From assembly GCA_023246355.1 (NCBI GenBank), contig JAHFIQ010000001.1, positions 350,247-414,246 of the forward strand: 64,000 nt of DNA, read 5' to 3'. This DNA is from Candidatus Uhrbacteria bacterium (GTDB lineage Bacteria > Patescibacteriota > Patescibacteriia > UBA9934 > GWF2-40-263). Numbering within the stretch: the first letter of the stretch is position 1; each line of letters opens with the position of its first letter. A program made the position numbers and the translations under genes. Below are positions 53,926 to 63,912 of the stretch, piece by piece. Under the pieces are notes generated by a model. That model worked only from the letters and a program-made list of their open reading frames with translations, was not told the origin of the DNA and did not search any database.

Positions 53926-54206
53926 GAATTCCTCTCTTGAGTCACCGTTGCCGGCGGCGCGGTTGGTGGGGATGCCCTTGTGGGGCGCCGACTTGCAGGG
54001 CGATTCTCACGAATCACCCGAAGGAGCATCAGAAGCTTCAGATTGAATTATCTGTGCTCGCACCATGAGGAAAATATTCCTCGAACGTATGGTCATGTGT
54101 GTTCAATCAGAACAACAGCATAACGCATGAGGATACATCAAAAACGTGATTTTGTCAAACGATCGCGCAAAAAGAAAATCCTCTCAGTTTGAGAGGACAG
54201 GGGGCG

Positions 54207-54530
54207 TCAGCTCGCTTTGCGGAACGGGTTGAAGGTGAGTCCCCGCTCCTCAGGCGTGGGGATCGTGACACCCTTGGGAGCCAGGGCGTAGTAGAAACCG
54301 AGGCTGATCGGAAGCAGGTAGAAGACTCCATCTTCACTGCCGATCATGGAAGAGCTGAACTCAGCGGTGAAGAGGCGCGCCTTCCCATCCGTTTTGAATT
54401 CGAGCCCTGTGTCGTCGATGATGGTCTCCACAATCGTGGCTCGCGCATACTCTCGTGACAGTCCACACCCCATCTTGTACTCGACCAGCGTGCCGCCGGT
54501 CAGGTCACCCATGTCTCTTGGGTCGTCCAT
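54207..54530 (-). CDS. Hypothetical protein
   Basis: GGAG SD, tandem with the upstream ORF, terminator-like hairpin downstream. Confidence 0.55.
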   Translation of the reverse strand: MDDPRDMGDLTGGTLVEYKMGCGLSREYARATIVETIIDDTGLEFKTDGKARLFTAEFSSSMIGSEDGVFYLLPISLGFYYALAPKGVTIPTPEERGLTFNPFRKAS

Positions 54531-54546
54531 GTGGTCTCCAGAAGAA

Positions 54547-54855
54547 TCAGTGAGAGGCTTGCTGTGCTTGCACAAGCAACTCGCTGTGCAAACGGTTGTG
54601 GGCGAGGATCACCAGTCGGCAGATCCTCTCGTCGGTTGCTCCAGCGCGCCTGGCGCCGCTGACGATCCGCCGGGCACGACCCCGACAGCTTGGGGGGAGA
54701 CGTTCGATGTATTCATTCAACGTCTGGTGCGTTCCTCGAGTGCTCGCGAACTGGACGATCGCTCGAGTCGTCGCTGGGTCATATTCGAGACCCTGCTTCA
54801 GAAGCTCCCGCAGATCGTCAATCCAAGTGGTCTTCGCGATCGAATGTGCCGTCAT
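54547..54855 (-). CDS. Hypothetical protein
   Basis: GGAG SD, 102 aa. Confidence 0.5.
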   Translation of the reverse strand: MTAHSIAKTTWIDDLRELLKQGLEYDPATTRAIVQFASTRGTHQTLNEYIERLPPSCRGRARRIVSGARRAGATDERICRLVILAHNRLHSELLVQAQQASH

Positions 54856-54900
54856 GAACTCTCCATGGCGTGGGTGAGTATAGAGGTTTTTCTGAAAATG

Positions 54901-55797
54901 TCAATGGTTTGATTTTGAAAGTTTTGCAACGAAGAATCCTTCGTATGTGTTTGTTGGTACAAGCGTGGCTGTTTTGTGTGGACCGATTTTGGATGGGAAC
55001 GGCAGGGTAAAGGTTTGGGGTTTCATGAGTGGATATTCTTGTACGAGCCACCCGATCATGTCCTCATTTTCTTCTGGTGAAAGTGTGCACGTGGAGTACA
55101 CAAGCGTTCCTCCAGGTTTCAGACACGCAACCGCAGAGCGCAGGAGTCGGCGCTGGAGTTTAGCATGTTCGGTGATATTTTTTTGTGACCAAAAAGAAAA
55201 GCTACGTCGATCGTTTACGTTGATGCGCCCTTCAGCAGAACAAGGCACGTCGGCAAGGACGCGATCGAATAGCTCGGCATGTGTGTGATGCAGGAGGGTG
55301 GCATCGACGTGGATCGCCTCGGCATTCGCGCCTTGGAGCGTGAGCGTGTGTTTGAGTTTTTCAAAACGGACTGGATCTTTTTCACACGCGACAAGCCGTC
55401 CTTGGTTGTTCATGAGCGCCGCGATTTGGGAGGTCTTGCTCCCTGGCGCAGCGCACAGATCAAGGACGGTTTCGCCTGGCTGTGGATCTAAGACGAGTGC
55501 CGGGAGCATGGAAGTGATGCCTTGCAAGTATATTTTTCCAGAGGTGGTGAGTGGGTGTGCGAGGAGCTCCTTGTCTGTTTTATTTTTGATGATGAACGCA
55601 TGTGGGATGTCTTTCACCCGTTCAAATTGAATGGCGTCTTTGCGCAACGCAGCCATGACCTCGTCGTCAGTTGCGACAATCGTGTTTACGCGAAACGTCG
55701 GAAGTCGTTTCTCCTGCATCGCCAAAAGCATGGTCCGCGCTGCTATCGCGCCGAATTGTTTGATCAAGCGTGAGTTGAGTTCATCGGGGAGATGCAT
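54901..55797 (-). CDS. RsmB/NOP2-family (RsmF-like) RNA m5C methyltransferase
   Basis: 'VLDLCAAPGSKT', 'DVPCSAEG', 'LVYSTCT..PEENE'. Confidence 0.93.
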   Translation of the reverse strand: MHLPDELNSRLIKQFGAIAARTMLLAMQEKRLPTFRVNTIVATDDEVMAALRKDAIQFERVKDIPHAFIIKNKTDKELLAHPLTTSGKIYLQGITSMLPALVLDPQPGETVLDLCAAPGSKTSQIAALMNNQGRLVACEKDPVRFEKLKHTLTLQGANAEAIHVDATLLHHTHAELFDRVLADVPCSAEGRINVNDRRSFSFWSQKNITEHAKLQRRLLRSAVACLKPGGTLVYSTCTLSPEENEDMIGWLVQEYPLMKPQTFTLPFPSKIGPHKTATLVPTNTYEGFFVAKLSKSNH

Positions 55798-55861
55798 AGA
55801 GGCAAGAGTGTGACATGATCACGTCAAAAAGAAAATGACCCGAAGGTGGGTCACCGTTTGG

Positions 55862-56479
55862 CTAAGCCGCGTCAGGAGGTTCAGGAGTCTGTGCAGGCTG
55901 TGCAACCGCCGGAGTTTCCTGTGCAGGAGGCTCGACGCGCAGGCCGCTCACGTCCCCCTCGATGTTGGACACGTCGCCCACGAGTCCCGAGACGTCTCCC
56001 TCGATTTGGTCGATGTCTCCGCGAATGCGTGACACGTCGCCTAAGAGGTTGTCAGCGCAACCAGTGATGTTGCTTGCATCGCCTCGCAGCGCTGAGACGT
56101 CGCCATCAATATTGCTGACATCACCTCGCAGGTTGGTCACATCACCCTCGATGTTGCTGACATCACCTCGCAGGTTGGTCACGTCCCCTCGGATGTTAGA
56201 TACGTCGCCTTCGATGTTGCTTGCATCACCGAAAATGTCAGTGGCATCTCCACAGATGTTCGACACGTCACCTGTGAGACGGCTCGCACCTTCCAGGTCG
56301 TTGCTTTCTTCCTCGTCTTGGGACGAGTCTGTTGCGGCGTCGTTGACAGTCCCGCCGATGTTCACGTGTGTCGGTGCTCGGACGATGAGCCAGACAAGTC
56401 CACAGAGCGTCAGGATCACCACAAGAAACAGACAGGCGATCGTGGCGTAGACCATCAGTTCAATCGTGGGCAATTCCAT
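55862..56479 (-). CDS. Membrane-anchored protein with a 7-aa 'GDVSNIx' repeat solenoid
   Basis: N-terminal TM helix; about 16 tandem G-D-[VA]-[ST]-N-[IL]-x units (about 55940-56280). Confidence 0.75.
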   Translation of the reverse strand: MELPTIELMVYATIACLFLVVILTLCGLVWLIVRAPTHVNIGGTVNDAATDSSQDEEESNDLEGASRLTGDVSNICGDATDIFGDASNIEGDVSNIRGDVTNLRGDVSNIEGDVTNLRGDVSNIDGDVSALRGDASNITGCADNLLGDVSRIRGDIDQIEGDVSGLVGDVSNIEGDVSGLRVEPPAQETPAVAQPAQTPEPPDAA

Positions 56480-56594
56480 CTCGATTTCTCCAGAGCCCCG
56501 TCATCCTAGCACGGATTGGTCTCATGTCAACGGAGAGCTTTAATAACAAGTAACTTAAAAAGAAAACCCTGCTCGGTGTGAACAGGGGAGACGA

Positions 56595-57839
56595 TCATCG
56601 CGCGAAAGGACGACAGACTTCGGCCTTGGCAGCTTGGAGGATCAGACGTACGGAGCGCCGGCGCCAGGGGATCTGGGCGAGTGTTCGGGTGGTAGAGCCA
56701 GCCGTGTCGCAGCTGAGAAAATCGACCGTGTCCGGCTCCAGGTAGTCAGCCCGCTGAAGGGGTACCTTCTCAGGTGAGCCATCTTTGAGCTTGTTGTAGA
56801 TCCCGACGATGCCCAAGCATACGAGGACGAACACTCCAATCACGAGTGGAACGCCGATGGCGATTCCGCCGGAAATCAGCAGGAAGGTTGCAAGGAACCG
56901 ATCCGTGAATCCGTCCTCGAGTGCCCAGCTGATCAGAGCAATCACAAGGAGTGAGAGTGGCGAGAACACCGGCAGTCCGATGCGAGCCACGAGGCCGAAG
57001 AGGTTTCTAGACCAACTCCTTGGCCAGAAGTAGTTGCCGTTCAGGAAATTTGCTAGTACGTCGTCGATACTCATCGACAGCAGGTGCCGAATCGGTTTCC
57101 AGCTGACCCGCTTGAAGCCTGCCAGAGTTGCCAACAGGGTGATCGTGAGGCGAAGCAACCAGTTGATGAGCATGCACGGTGGCTGAATCGAGTAGGCCCA
57201 GAGACGACGTTTGCGGTAGTCACATTGATCCACGGGCGCATAGCGAAACCAGTGGTTGACCCAGGCCGCTTCCCACGCAGGTGGCGGCTTGGCAAACACT
57301 CCCTTGGGTACGATGACATCAAGGTTTGCTGAGATGGCCTGATACCATTCGGGCACCTCGTCTTCCTCCCACCCTTCTTCCGCTTCTTTTTCGGGAGACG
57401 ATGTTTTGGGAAGTTTTACGATTCCCCAACCGCACTTTCTGTTTCCATGTTGGTAGCAGGTGTTCAGATGCTCTGCCAACGACAAACCGTCATGGGTGAG
57501 CAACGAAGTGTTCCAGTGCCCGCCTTCTTGTCCCAAGACAAACTCGTGTACACCGTTGATCCCACTCCACCAGAACATGAGCATGGCATGGATTCGGTTG
57601 GGTCCGTCTGTCCGAAAGTTCACGTAAGCCATTCCGTCCTTCAGAGGTACGAGCTGACGCGTTTCTTTCCGCACGGAGTAGTGCGCACCTTGCGGGGCGG
57701 TGATGAGTAGGACGTAGGGGTCGGTGATTCCCAGGCTTGAGAGCAGCTCGAGCGTGGTGCGGTCCACACACCAGCTCACAGGAATCATCCCCGTATCGAT
57801 GTTGGGGTCTTGGACATGGATTTCAAATGCTGCGGACAA
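56595..57839 (-). CDS. Hypothetical membrane protein
   Basis: 414-aa ORF, GGAGG SD before TTG, about 3 TM segments. Confidence 0.65.
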   Translation of the reverse strand: MSAAFEIHVQDPNIDTGMIPVSWCVDRTTLELLSSLGITDPYVLLITAPQGAHYSVRKETRQLVPLKDGMAYVNFRTDGPNRIHAMLMFWWSGINGVHEFVLGQEGGHWNTSLLTHDGLSLAEHLNTCYQHGNRKCGWGIVKLPKTSSPEKEAEEGWEEDEVPEWYQAISANLDVIVPKGVFAKPPPAWEAAWVNHWFRYAPVDQCDYRKRRLWAYSIQPPCMLINWLLRLTITLLATLAGFKRVSWKPIRHLLSMSIDDVLANFLNGNYFWPRSWSRNLFGLVARIGLPVFSPLSLLVIALISWALEDGFTDRFLATFLLISGGIAIGVPLVIGVFVLVCLGIVGIYNKLKDGSPEKVPLQRADYLEPDTVDFLSCDTAGSTTRTLAQIPWRRRSVRLILQAAKAEVCRPFAR

Positions 57840-57873
57840 AGGACCTCCTTCTCCAGAGACTGGAGGCGATGAT

Positions 57874-58926
57874 TTAACCAGCCTTTCCTGAATTGGTCAA
57901 CACGATCAACTGTCCGCATGCAGCCGCGATGTCAGAGCCCATGGTGCGGCGGCGGGTGGCGGTGACGTTTCGATCCTCGAGCGCGGCGAGAAATTGTTTG
58001 ATAGTCGCGTCCTCACTGCATTCAAATTCAACGCCGGTGAGGTTGTAGGGAATGAGGTTCACACGCACATGGCCGATGCGGTTGACAAAATCGGCCAAGG
58101 CTTTGGCGTGGGCTGGTGTGTCGTTCACGTCTTTCAACATCACATACTCAAACGTGAGGTGATGACGTCGGTTGCCAAACAGTTCAAGATAGCGTTTTGC
58201 CCAGTCTTCCAGTTTGGGAAGAAAGTCATCGTAAGACGTGGGGACGATGTGTTTGCGGGTTGCCGCAATCGCGGAGTGAAGCGACACGGCCAGACGAATG
58301 TGTGGCCAGTCTTTGTCTGTCAGGATTTGTTCCAAACGTGGGAGCACACCAACCGTGGAAACCGTGATGCGGGTCTTGCCAAGGTCGGTGTGAGCAAGAA
58401 GCGTGTTGACGGAGTTCTTCACTTCTTCGTAGTTGGCAAGCGGCTCGCCCATGCCCATGTAGACGATGTTTGAAATACGGGCGGAGGTGGACAAGGTAGA
58501 TGAGGTGGACAAGTAGTTCATCCAAAAACGATATTGATCCACTATTTCGTCGACGGTAAGGCTGCGCGTGAGGCCCATTTTGCCGGTGGCGCAAAAACCG
58601 CATCGCATGGCACAGCCCACTTGCGAGGACACGCAAATCGTCCAGGCGCCTCGTGGATTTTTCATGAGGACAGTCTCGATCTCTTTATCGCCATCGACTT
58701 TCAAGAGCGCCTTATGTGTGTCGCCGTTCATGCTGATCTGAATCTGCTCAAGTGCGACCGTCATCCATGGAAGAGAAGCCAAACGGTCGCGCATGGATTT
58801 GGGAATGGTTGAGAGTTGACTCCAGTTTTGTGCATCAGAAAATAAACCTGCCTCGATTTGTTTCCATCGAAAAGCTGGCTCATCGGGAAAAAGCGTTTCA
58901 AATTGTGCACGGCGAGACAAAATCAT
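57874..58926 (-). CDS. rlmN: 23S rRNA/tRNA C2-methyltransferase RlmN
   Basis: 'CVSSQVGCAMRCGFCATG', 'MGMGEPL', 'DIAAACGQL'. Confidence 0.95.
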   Translation of the reverse strand: MILSRRAQFETLFPDEPAFRWKQIEAGLFSDAQNWSQLSTIPKSMRDRLASLPWMTVALEQIQISMNGDTHKALLKVDGDKEIETVLMKNPRGAWTICVSSQVGCAMRCGFCATGKMGLTRSLTVDEIVDQYRFWMNYLSTSSTLSTSARISNIVYMGMGEPLANYEEVKNSVNTLLAHTDLGKTRITVSTVGVLPRLEQILTDKDWPHIRLAVSLHSAIAATRKHIVPTSYDDFLPKLEDWAKRYLELFGNRRHHLTFEYVMLKDVNDTPAHAKALADFVNRIGHVRVNLIPYNLTGVEFECSEDATIKQFLAALEDRNVTATRRRTMGSDIAAACGQLIVLTNSGKAG

Positions 58927-58930
58927 AGGG

Positions 58931-59899
58931 CTAGAACATGACCGCGGTTGTCGCACTCACGATATGTTGGGGCACGTCTGGATTTTGTGCACCGCCTTGT
59001 TCAGCAGCAGTTACGTAGATGCGTGCTCGGCCGTCCTCAAGAAAAACCATGACAGGATCGTGCAGCGAGCCGATGCCAAGATCGGAGAAATCCGATGGCT
59101 CCAAAAGAAGTCCGTCGGCTGCCCAGGTCACACCACCGTCGTCGCTCACAAACGAATACACCGAACCCTGTCGCATGGTGATCATCCAAAATCGTCCATC
59201 AGGCATGGCATAGACTTTTTGATCCACATGGGTTCCTCGCTGGCCATTTTTTTGTGCCGCCGCATCGTTCAAAATATCTGACGCCTCAAAGGTAAATGTC
59301 CAACCATTGTCCGTCGAGTAGGCGCGACGAAGATTATTAGCTCCATGTAAATCGCCCAAGTACGTCATCACCACGCCGCCCTTTGAGTCCACAAAAAAAT
59401 CAAACACACCCATGGAGTCATTGTCATCTGGCTGAGCAGAATAACGCACACCTTCATCATCGGTGTATGTGACCCCGTCCGTGGAAGAGCGCGAAGTCAA
59501 CTGTCCGCTCTCAACGCCCTTTGTCGCATCAAATCCATACGATCGAAACGTGCCATCCGGCAGTTTGATCGCACGAAAATCAGACAGGTTTTCCACGCGC
59601 TGTGCCTGTTCAAAATCAAGCCAGTCAGAATCCTCGCCTGCGGTCGCGATAAAATTTCCATGCTTTATTCGGTCTTCGTACATGAGTGAAACAATTCCAT
59701 CGTTGAGTTTCGCTCCGGGGTTCGATGCGTTTTCCACGCGATAACCCTCATCAGGGGTGAAGGATAGGCGCGCGTCGTCTGAGACGGCTGTGGCTTCGAC
59801 TTGGTCTGTGTTCGTATCCGAGACCGTTTCTTGCTGAGCCGAGGAACAGCCAAGTCCTGTGATGATGAGCGCAGACAAGAGCCAGGGGAGATGTTTCAT
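58931..59899 (-). CDS. Lipoprotein with BNR/Asp-box repeats (glycosidase-like beta-propeller)
   Basis: Lipobox 'GLG|C'; 'SSTDGVTY', 'STDNGWTF', 'SDDGGVTW'. Confidence 0.72.
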   Translation of the reverse strand: MKHLPWLLSALIITGLGCSSAQQETVSDTNTDQVEATAVSDDARLSFTPDEGYRVENASNPGAKLNDGIVSLMYEDRIKHGNFIATAGEDSDWLDFEQAQRVENLSDFRAIKLPDGTFRSYGFDATKGVESGQLTSRSSTDGVTYTDDEGVRYSAQPDDNDSMGVFDFFVDSKGGVVMTYLGDLHGANNLRRAYSTDNGWTFTFEASDILNDAAAQKNGQRGTHVDQKVYAMPDGRFWMITMRQGSVYSFVSDDGGVTWAADGLLLEPSDFSDLGIGSLHDPVMVFLEDGRARIYVTAAEQGGAQNPDVPQHIVSATTAVMF

Positions 59900-59958
59900 A
59901 TGCGGGTACTTTATCACATACCAAAACGATCTCCGTCTGGAGATCGTTGGATATTTTT

Positions 59959-60441
59959 CTATGCAGCTGGTTCCACGGGCGTTTCTACTGGAGTTTCAGC
60001 TGCGGCTTTTGCCGCTTCTGCTTCAGCCGCCTTTGCCGCCTCTGCTGCTTCCTTGGCAGCCTGGGCATCAGCTTTTTCTTTTTCAGCCGCCGCTTCTTTC
60101 TTTGCCTTGGCGTCCTCAGCTGCCTTCACCGCTTCTTCAGCCTTGGTGACGAGCGCGGCGCGGCGCGTGTCTGAGATATGACTCACACTGCGCTTTTTGT
60201 CATCGATAATTTTTTCGTCGATGAACAGATTCCACAAGGTGTTGCTGACCTCAGCACCTTGCCCGATCCAGTACTTCACGCGATCGGCTTTGACCACAAA
60301 TTCGTGTGGATGCTTGCGAGGATTGTAGTGACCAAGGATTTCAGTGGTGTTGGCCCAGGGATCGCGGTGCTTTGGCATGACCACGATGCGATAGACAGGT
60401 GCCCTGGATTTTCCAACACGGGAGAGACGAATAGAGAGCAT
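59959..60441 (-). CDS. rpsP: 30S ribosomal protein S16 with Ala/Glu/Lys-rich tail
   Basis: 'MLSIRLSRVGK...P.YRIVV', 'LGHYNP', 'YWIGQGA'. Confidence 0.95.
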   Translation of the reverse strand: MLSIRLSRVGKSRAPVYRIVVMPKHRDPWANTTEILGHYNPRKHPHEFVVKADRVKYWIGQGAEVSNTLWNLFIDEKIIDDKKRSVSHISDTRRAALVTKAEEAVKAAEDAKAKKEAAAEKEKADAQAAKEAAEAAKAAEAEAAKAAAETPVETPVEPAA

Positions 60442-60452
60442 AGATGTAAATG

Positions 60453-60478
60453 ATGGTAGCCGCAGGCTTTAGCCTGCG
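60453..60478 (+). repeat. GTAG-type REP-like palindrome, copy 2 (upstream of rpsP)
   Basis: atgGTAGc-cgcaggct-tt-agcctgcg. Confidence 0.75.
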
Positions 60479-60643
60479 TGCGATTGATGGGAGCAGTAAT
60501 GACGGTGCGGGCAATATAAGGGATGGGAGGTATTGCGTCAAGCGATCATTGACATTTTGCCTTCTATGTGGCAGATTGATGACCTCAAGCAGGTGCTTGA
60601 GTCGGCTGTGGGTTCACAGCAACAGCCTTTGAAGGAGGATTCA

Positions 60644-61219
60644 GTGGAAGAAGGAAAGAAGTCTACTGTCGGTGGTTGGTTCATGGGATGCCTCAGCATC
60701 GCCGCTGGTCTCTCAGTGCTCTCGCTCGTCGGTCTCTTCATCTTCTGGCTCGGCTGGGTCAACTACGTCGAGAACTACCAGCTCGGCTACAAGTTCGACA
60801 CGCGTACGGGTGAGACGACCGTCTTGGATCGTACCGGCTACTTCGTGACACCGCCCTTCCTGGTGAAGATCCACACCATCGACCTTCGTCCCATGCAGGT
60901 GTGCATTTCCTCCAACGCCCGTGTGCTCAACTGCAAGCTGGTGCAGTTCAACAAGGACGGAGTCGAGCTGTTCATCTCCTGGCATGGTCGCAACGACTAC
61001 GAAGGTCCAGGAAGCAACAACGGCTCGAATCTGGATGACATCCTGGAAGCCTATGCCTACGAAGGCACGGGCAGGAGCTATCCGTTCCTCACCGTTTTGC
61101 GTGAGCTCAAGACCGCGGATCTCGAGACTGCAAGCGCAGTACCCAACCTGCTCACCCCGCCTGCGGCTGCTGCTCCGGTTCCGGTGGCGGTTCCGCAGGA
61201 GAACAGCGTGCCGCAGTGA
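60644..61219 (+). CDS. Membrane protein with truncated SPFH/band-7-like domain (paralog A)
   Basis: AAGGAGG SD before GTG; TM helix then 'TG......GY..TPP..VKI..ID.RP'. Confidence 0.6.
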   Translation: MEEGKKSTVGGWFMGCLSIAAGLSVLSLVGLFIFWLGWVNYVENYQLGYKFDTRTGETTVLDRTGYFVTPPFLVKIHTIDLRPMQVCISSNARVLNCKLVQFNKDGVELFISWHGRNDYEGPGSNNGSNLDDILEAYAYEGTGRSYPFLTVLRELKTADLETASAVPNLLTPPAAAAPVPVAVPQENSVPQ

Positions 61220-61671
61220 AACGAGAGCATCTCGTTCTTGTGGGAGTTGTGGCAGCGCATTTGCTCTTCGCCTTCTACCTCGGCTGCTTGCACTACACGC
61301 CACTGGGGTACGTCGGTGTCATGCGTCACACCTTCACCGGTGAGATCACGCTGGACCATCCAGGATGGAATCTCACTCCGCCGTGGGTCCGGGTGGCGAA
61401 AATCGACGCGCGTCCGATGCGGGTATGCATCACCTCCTCTGGCCGTGGCTACTCGTGCAAGCTCGTGCAGTTTCAACCCAGCGCCGTCCAGGAGTTCGTG
61501 AAGACCGAAGGGTTCTACTACTATTGGCTCGCCAACCGCATCTCGTTCAACTTCGGCTACGACGACGAGTACCGAGGCTTTCGGGACATCATGCGCGGCT
61601 ATGCCTACTCGCCGCATCGCTACCCGTTCCTCGTCGTGAAAGACGAGTACCAGGAAGAACCAGTACTCTGA
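61216..61671 (+). CDS. Membrane protein with truncated SPFH/band-7-like domain (paralog B)
   Basis: GTGA overlap; shares 'RPM.VCI.S..R...CKLVQF' and 'YAY.....YPFL.V' with paralog A. Confidence 0.6.
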   Translation: MKREHLVLVGVVAAHLLFAFYLGCLHYTPLGYVGVMRHTFTGEITLDHPGWNLTPPWVRVAKIDARPMRVCITSSGRGYSCKLVQFQPSAVQEFVKTEGFYYYWLANRISFNFGYDDEYRGFRDIMRGYAYSPHRYPFLVVKDEYQEEPVL

Positions 61672-61935
61672 GACCTTCACGGGTCTCTTTTCAATTCTGC
61701 AGGGATCTCTGCAGTTCATTATTGAACTCAGGGTGCTGACGATTTTTTGCAGGGGGAAAAAATATTCATCACGTCCATTGACAACCTCGTGGTTTTCTGG
61801 CTAAATCACGGCACCACCAACAGTGGTTGTGTCTGGCGCGCAGACGAATCCACGTCTGAAAGGTTATATCATCCGTTCGAGCATTCGGCTCCGGCGGAAG
61901 GTGACGGCCCTCGCGTTTCACACAAGGAGTTCACC

Positions 61936-63276
61936 ATGTCCACCCAAGATCGGAATCAGCACGCGCTGCAACGTGTAGTGAAGTACCTCGCACCGCGTCT
62001 GTACGAGAACGAACCGCCGGCGGCCAACTCCGAACGCGCTCTGCGTGCACTCACCGGAGTCCTGGCCAGCAACCCGCCCTTCGTCATCGATGCGTTCGAC
62101 TTGGACGTTCCTGGTAGCGCCTACATCTGGGACGTGGCGATCTCGCCTACGGGGAAGATCGCAATCGTGGTCGGCATCCCGGAAGAAAGAACGGGGTGCT
62201 CCAATGCGCTGCTCACCACCTGGCCCAGGCCGAGCGGATACTCCGAATTTCACGGCTTGGGACCCGTGGATGACGACACAACGGTTCGTGCTCTGTTCCC
62301 AGAAGGTTCCAAGACGCCTGCGGTCATTTTTGGTGGACGACTCATCGGATGGGGAAACTGGACGCTCGAGCTGCCGTGGGCAGAGGAGAAGGAGGTTCCC
62401 AAGGACGCGTGTCTCACGCTCTGGGAGGACCGTGATCATCTGCAGCACGTGGCGTACCTGAATGAAGGTGAGATCGTCTACGAGATGAACGTGGTCGGTG
62501 CCTACTCAAAGCCCGCAGCACAGAATGTCCGCTGGATCGGACTGGTCGGCGGCAAACTCGGCTACATCCAGGTGAAGAACGGTCACGATGAACTTCACTG
62601 GAATTACATCCAAGCAAAGCTGCCGGAAGCGAGTCACAAGATCCTCCCGGGATCGATCAGTGTGATCGATGACGACGTTCTGCAATTCGTCACCCAGGGA
62701 AAAGCGTTCACGGCATTCCTGGCAACGCGTGACTCGCTGACCTCGAGTGACCCGATGCACATCTGTGTCTGGGGGGATGGGCACATCTTTGGATACCCCT
62801 ATCGTGCCGATACGGACAGAGATCCCGATCTCGTCTATGAGTTCGACATGACTGGTCACTGGGTCCCGGTTGCCAAATTGGACTACGACCTCTTCCGTGA
62901 TGTCCAGCAGCTGTTCGTTGAGGGTGAGCACTTCACTCTCGTCAATCCGAATGTCCACGGAGTGGGTCTTCTGTACGTCGGACACGCTGGTGATCTGAGT
63001 GTACGCACCATTCACATCTCACAAGGTCCCAAGACCGGTTTCGCTCGCGCCCACTCTGGGATCATCTACCAGACGGATGTCACTGGACTGGGCGGCTTCG
63101 TCTGGTCTGCGCTCGACAACCCGCCTGGCAAGCGACCGCTCACCGCGGTGTTTCCCAACTACGGTCGCTTCGACCAACTCGTCCCAGTGCAAGACGATCG
63201 CGGCAAGGCCATCATGGGCTGGGGCTACGCGGAAGGAACGTTCTGTGTGATTCGCTACCCGCTACCGACCCGGTAG
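61936..63276 (+). CDS. Hypothetical beta-rich protein (possible propeller)
   Basis: AAGGAG SD; 'IWDVAISPTGKIA' WD40-like blade; downstream terminator. Confidence 0.6.
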   Translation: MSTQDRNQHALQRVVKYLAPRLYENEPPAANSERALRALTGVLASNPPFVIDAFDLDVPGSAYIWDVAISPTGKIAIVVGIPEERTGCSNALLTTWPRPSGYSEFHGLGPVDDDTTVRALFPEGSKTPAVIFGGRLIGWGNWTLELPWAEEKEVPKDACLTLWEDRDHLQHVAYLNEGEIVYEMNVVGAYSKPAAQNVRWIGLVGGKLGYIQVKNGHDELHWNYIQAKLPEASHKILPGSISVIDDDVLQFVTQGKAFTAFLATRDSLTSSDPMHICVWGDGHIFGYPYRADTDRDPDLVYEFDMTGHWVPVAKLDYDLFRDVQQLFVEGEHFTLVNPNVHGVGLLYVGHAGDLSVRTIHISQGPKTGFARAHSGIIYQTDVTGLGGFVWSALDNPPGKRPLTAVFPNYGRFDQLVPVQDDRGKAIMGWGYAEGTFCVIRYPLPTR

Positions 63277-63357
63277 CGTACGGGCCATCTCTCACGAGGT
63301 GGCTTTTCTATTGACGCGAGTTGCTTTTTGAGATAGCGTGTTTTGCCTGGAGGACAG

Positions 63358-63912
63358 ATGAGCTTGGTCCTTGGTTTCGTTGGCTGGCCCTGCGCTGGTA
63401 AGGACGTCGCAGCCGAATATTTCAGAAGGCGTTACAGCGCCATGTGGTGGGGGCACTCAAACTTCATCCGTGCTCGCGCAGCCGAGATGAAGATCGAGTC
63501 GCCCACGACCGACCAGCTCTCTGCCTTGTTTGAAGCGAGGGCTTCTCACCAGGGCCATGGCTGGATCGCGAGGATCGTCTGTGATCGCGTGCGGAAGTTT
63601 CGCGAGGCAGAGCCCGAGACACTGGTGGTCATCACCGGCGTGCGCAACCTGGACGAGGTTGCACAGTACCGCACGCTTTCAGGGTTCAAGCTTGTCGAGC
63701 TGCGCGCAGATCGCGAGCTCCGATTCCAGCGATGGTGTGAACGTGCTCGTCCATCTGATGGACAACCCACACTGTCGCAGTTTGATGCGATCGAGCAGCT
63801 TGATGGCAACCGCAATGTCCCAGACGTGCTTGCTCTCACCGACCGCGTCGTAGAAAACAACGGCTCACTCGACGATTTTTACCGTGCACTCGAGACACTC
63901 GTAAAAACGTAA
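63358..63912 (+). CDS. P-loop nucleotide kinase (NMP / dephospho-CoA kinase-like)
   Basis: 'GWPCAGKD', 'VITGVRN..E', 'A..ELRFQR', 'ENNGSLDDF'. Confidence 0.8.
   Translation: MSLVLGFVGWPCAGKDVAAEYFRRRYSAMWWGHSNFIRARAAEMKIESPTTDQLSALFEARASHQGHGWIARIVCDRVRKFREAEPETLVVITGVRNLDEVAQYRTLSGFKLVELRADRELRFQRWCERARPSDGQPTLSQFDAIEQLDGNRNVPDVLALTDRVVENNGSLDDFYRALETLVKT

Noticed and set aside
55940-56280. CRISPR array
   Set aside because: The 21-nt units are contiguous, degenerate and coding, with no spacers or cas genes
52500-57840. Prophage or integrative island beside the atypical tRNA
   Set aside because: No integrase, structural phage genes or duplicated tRNA 3' end seen
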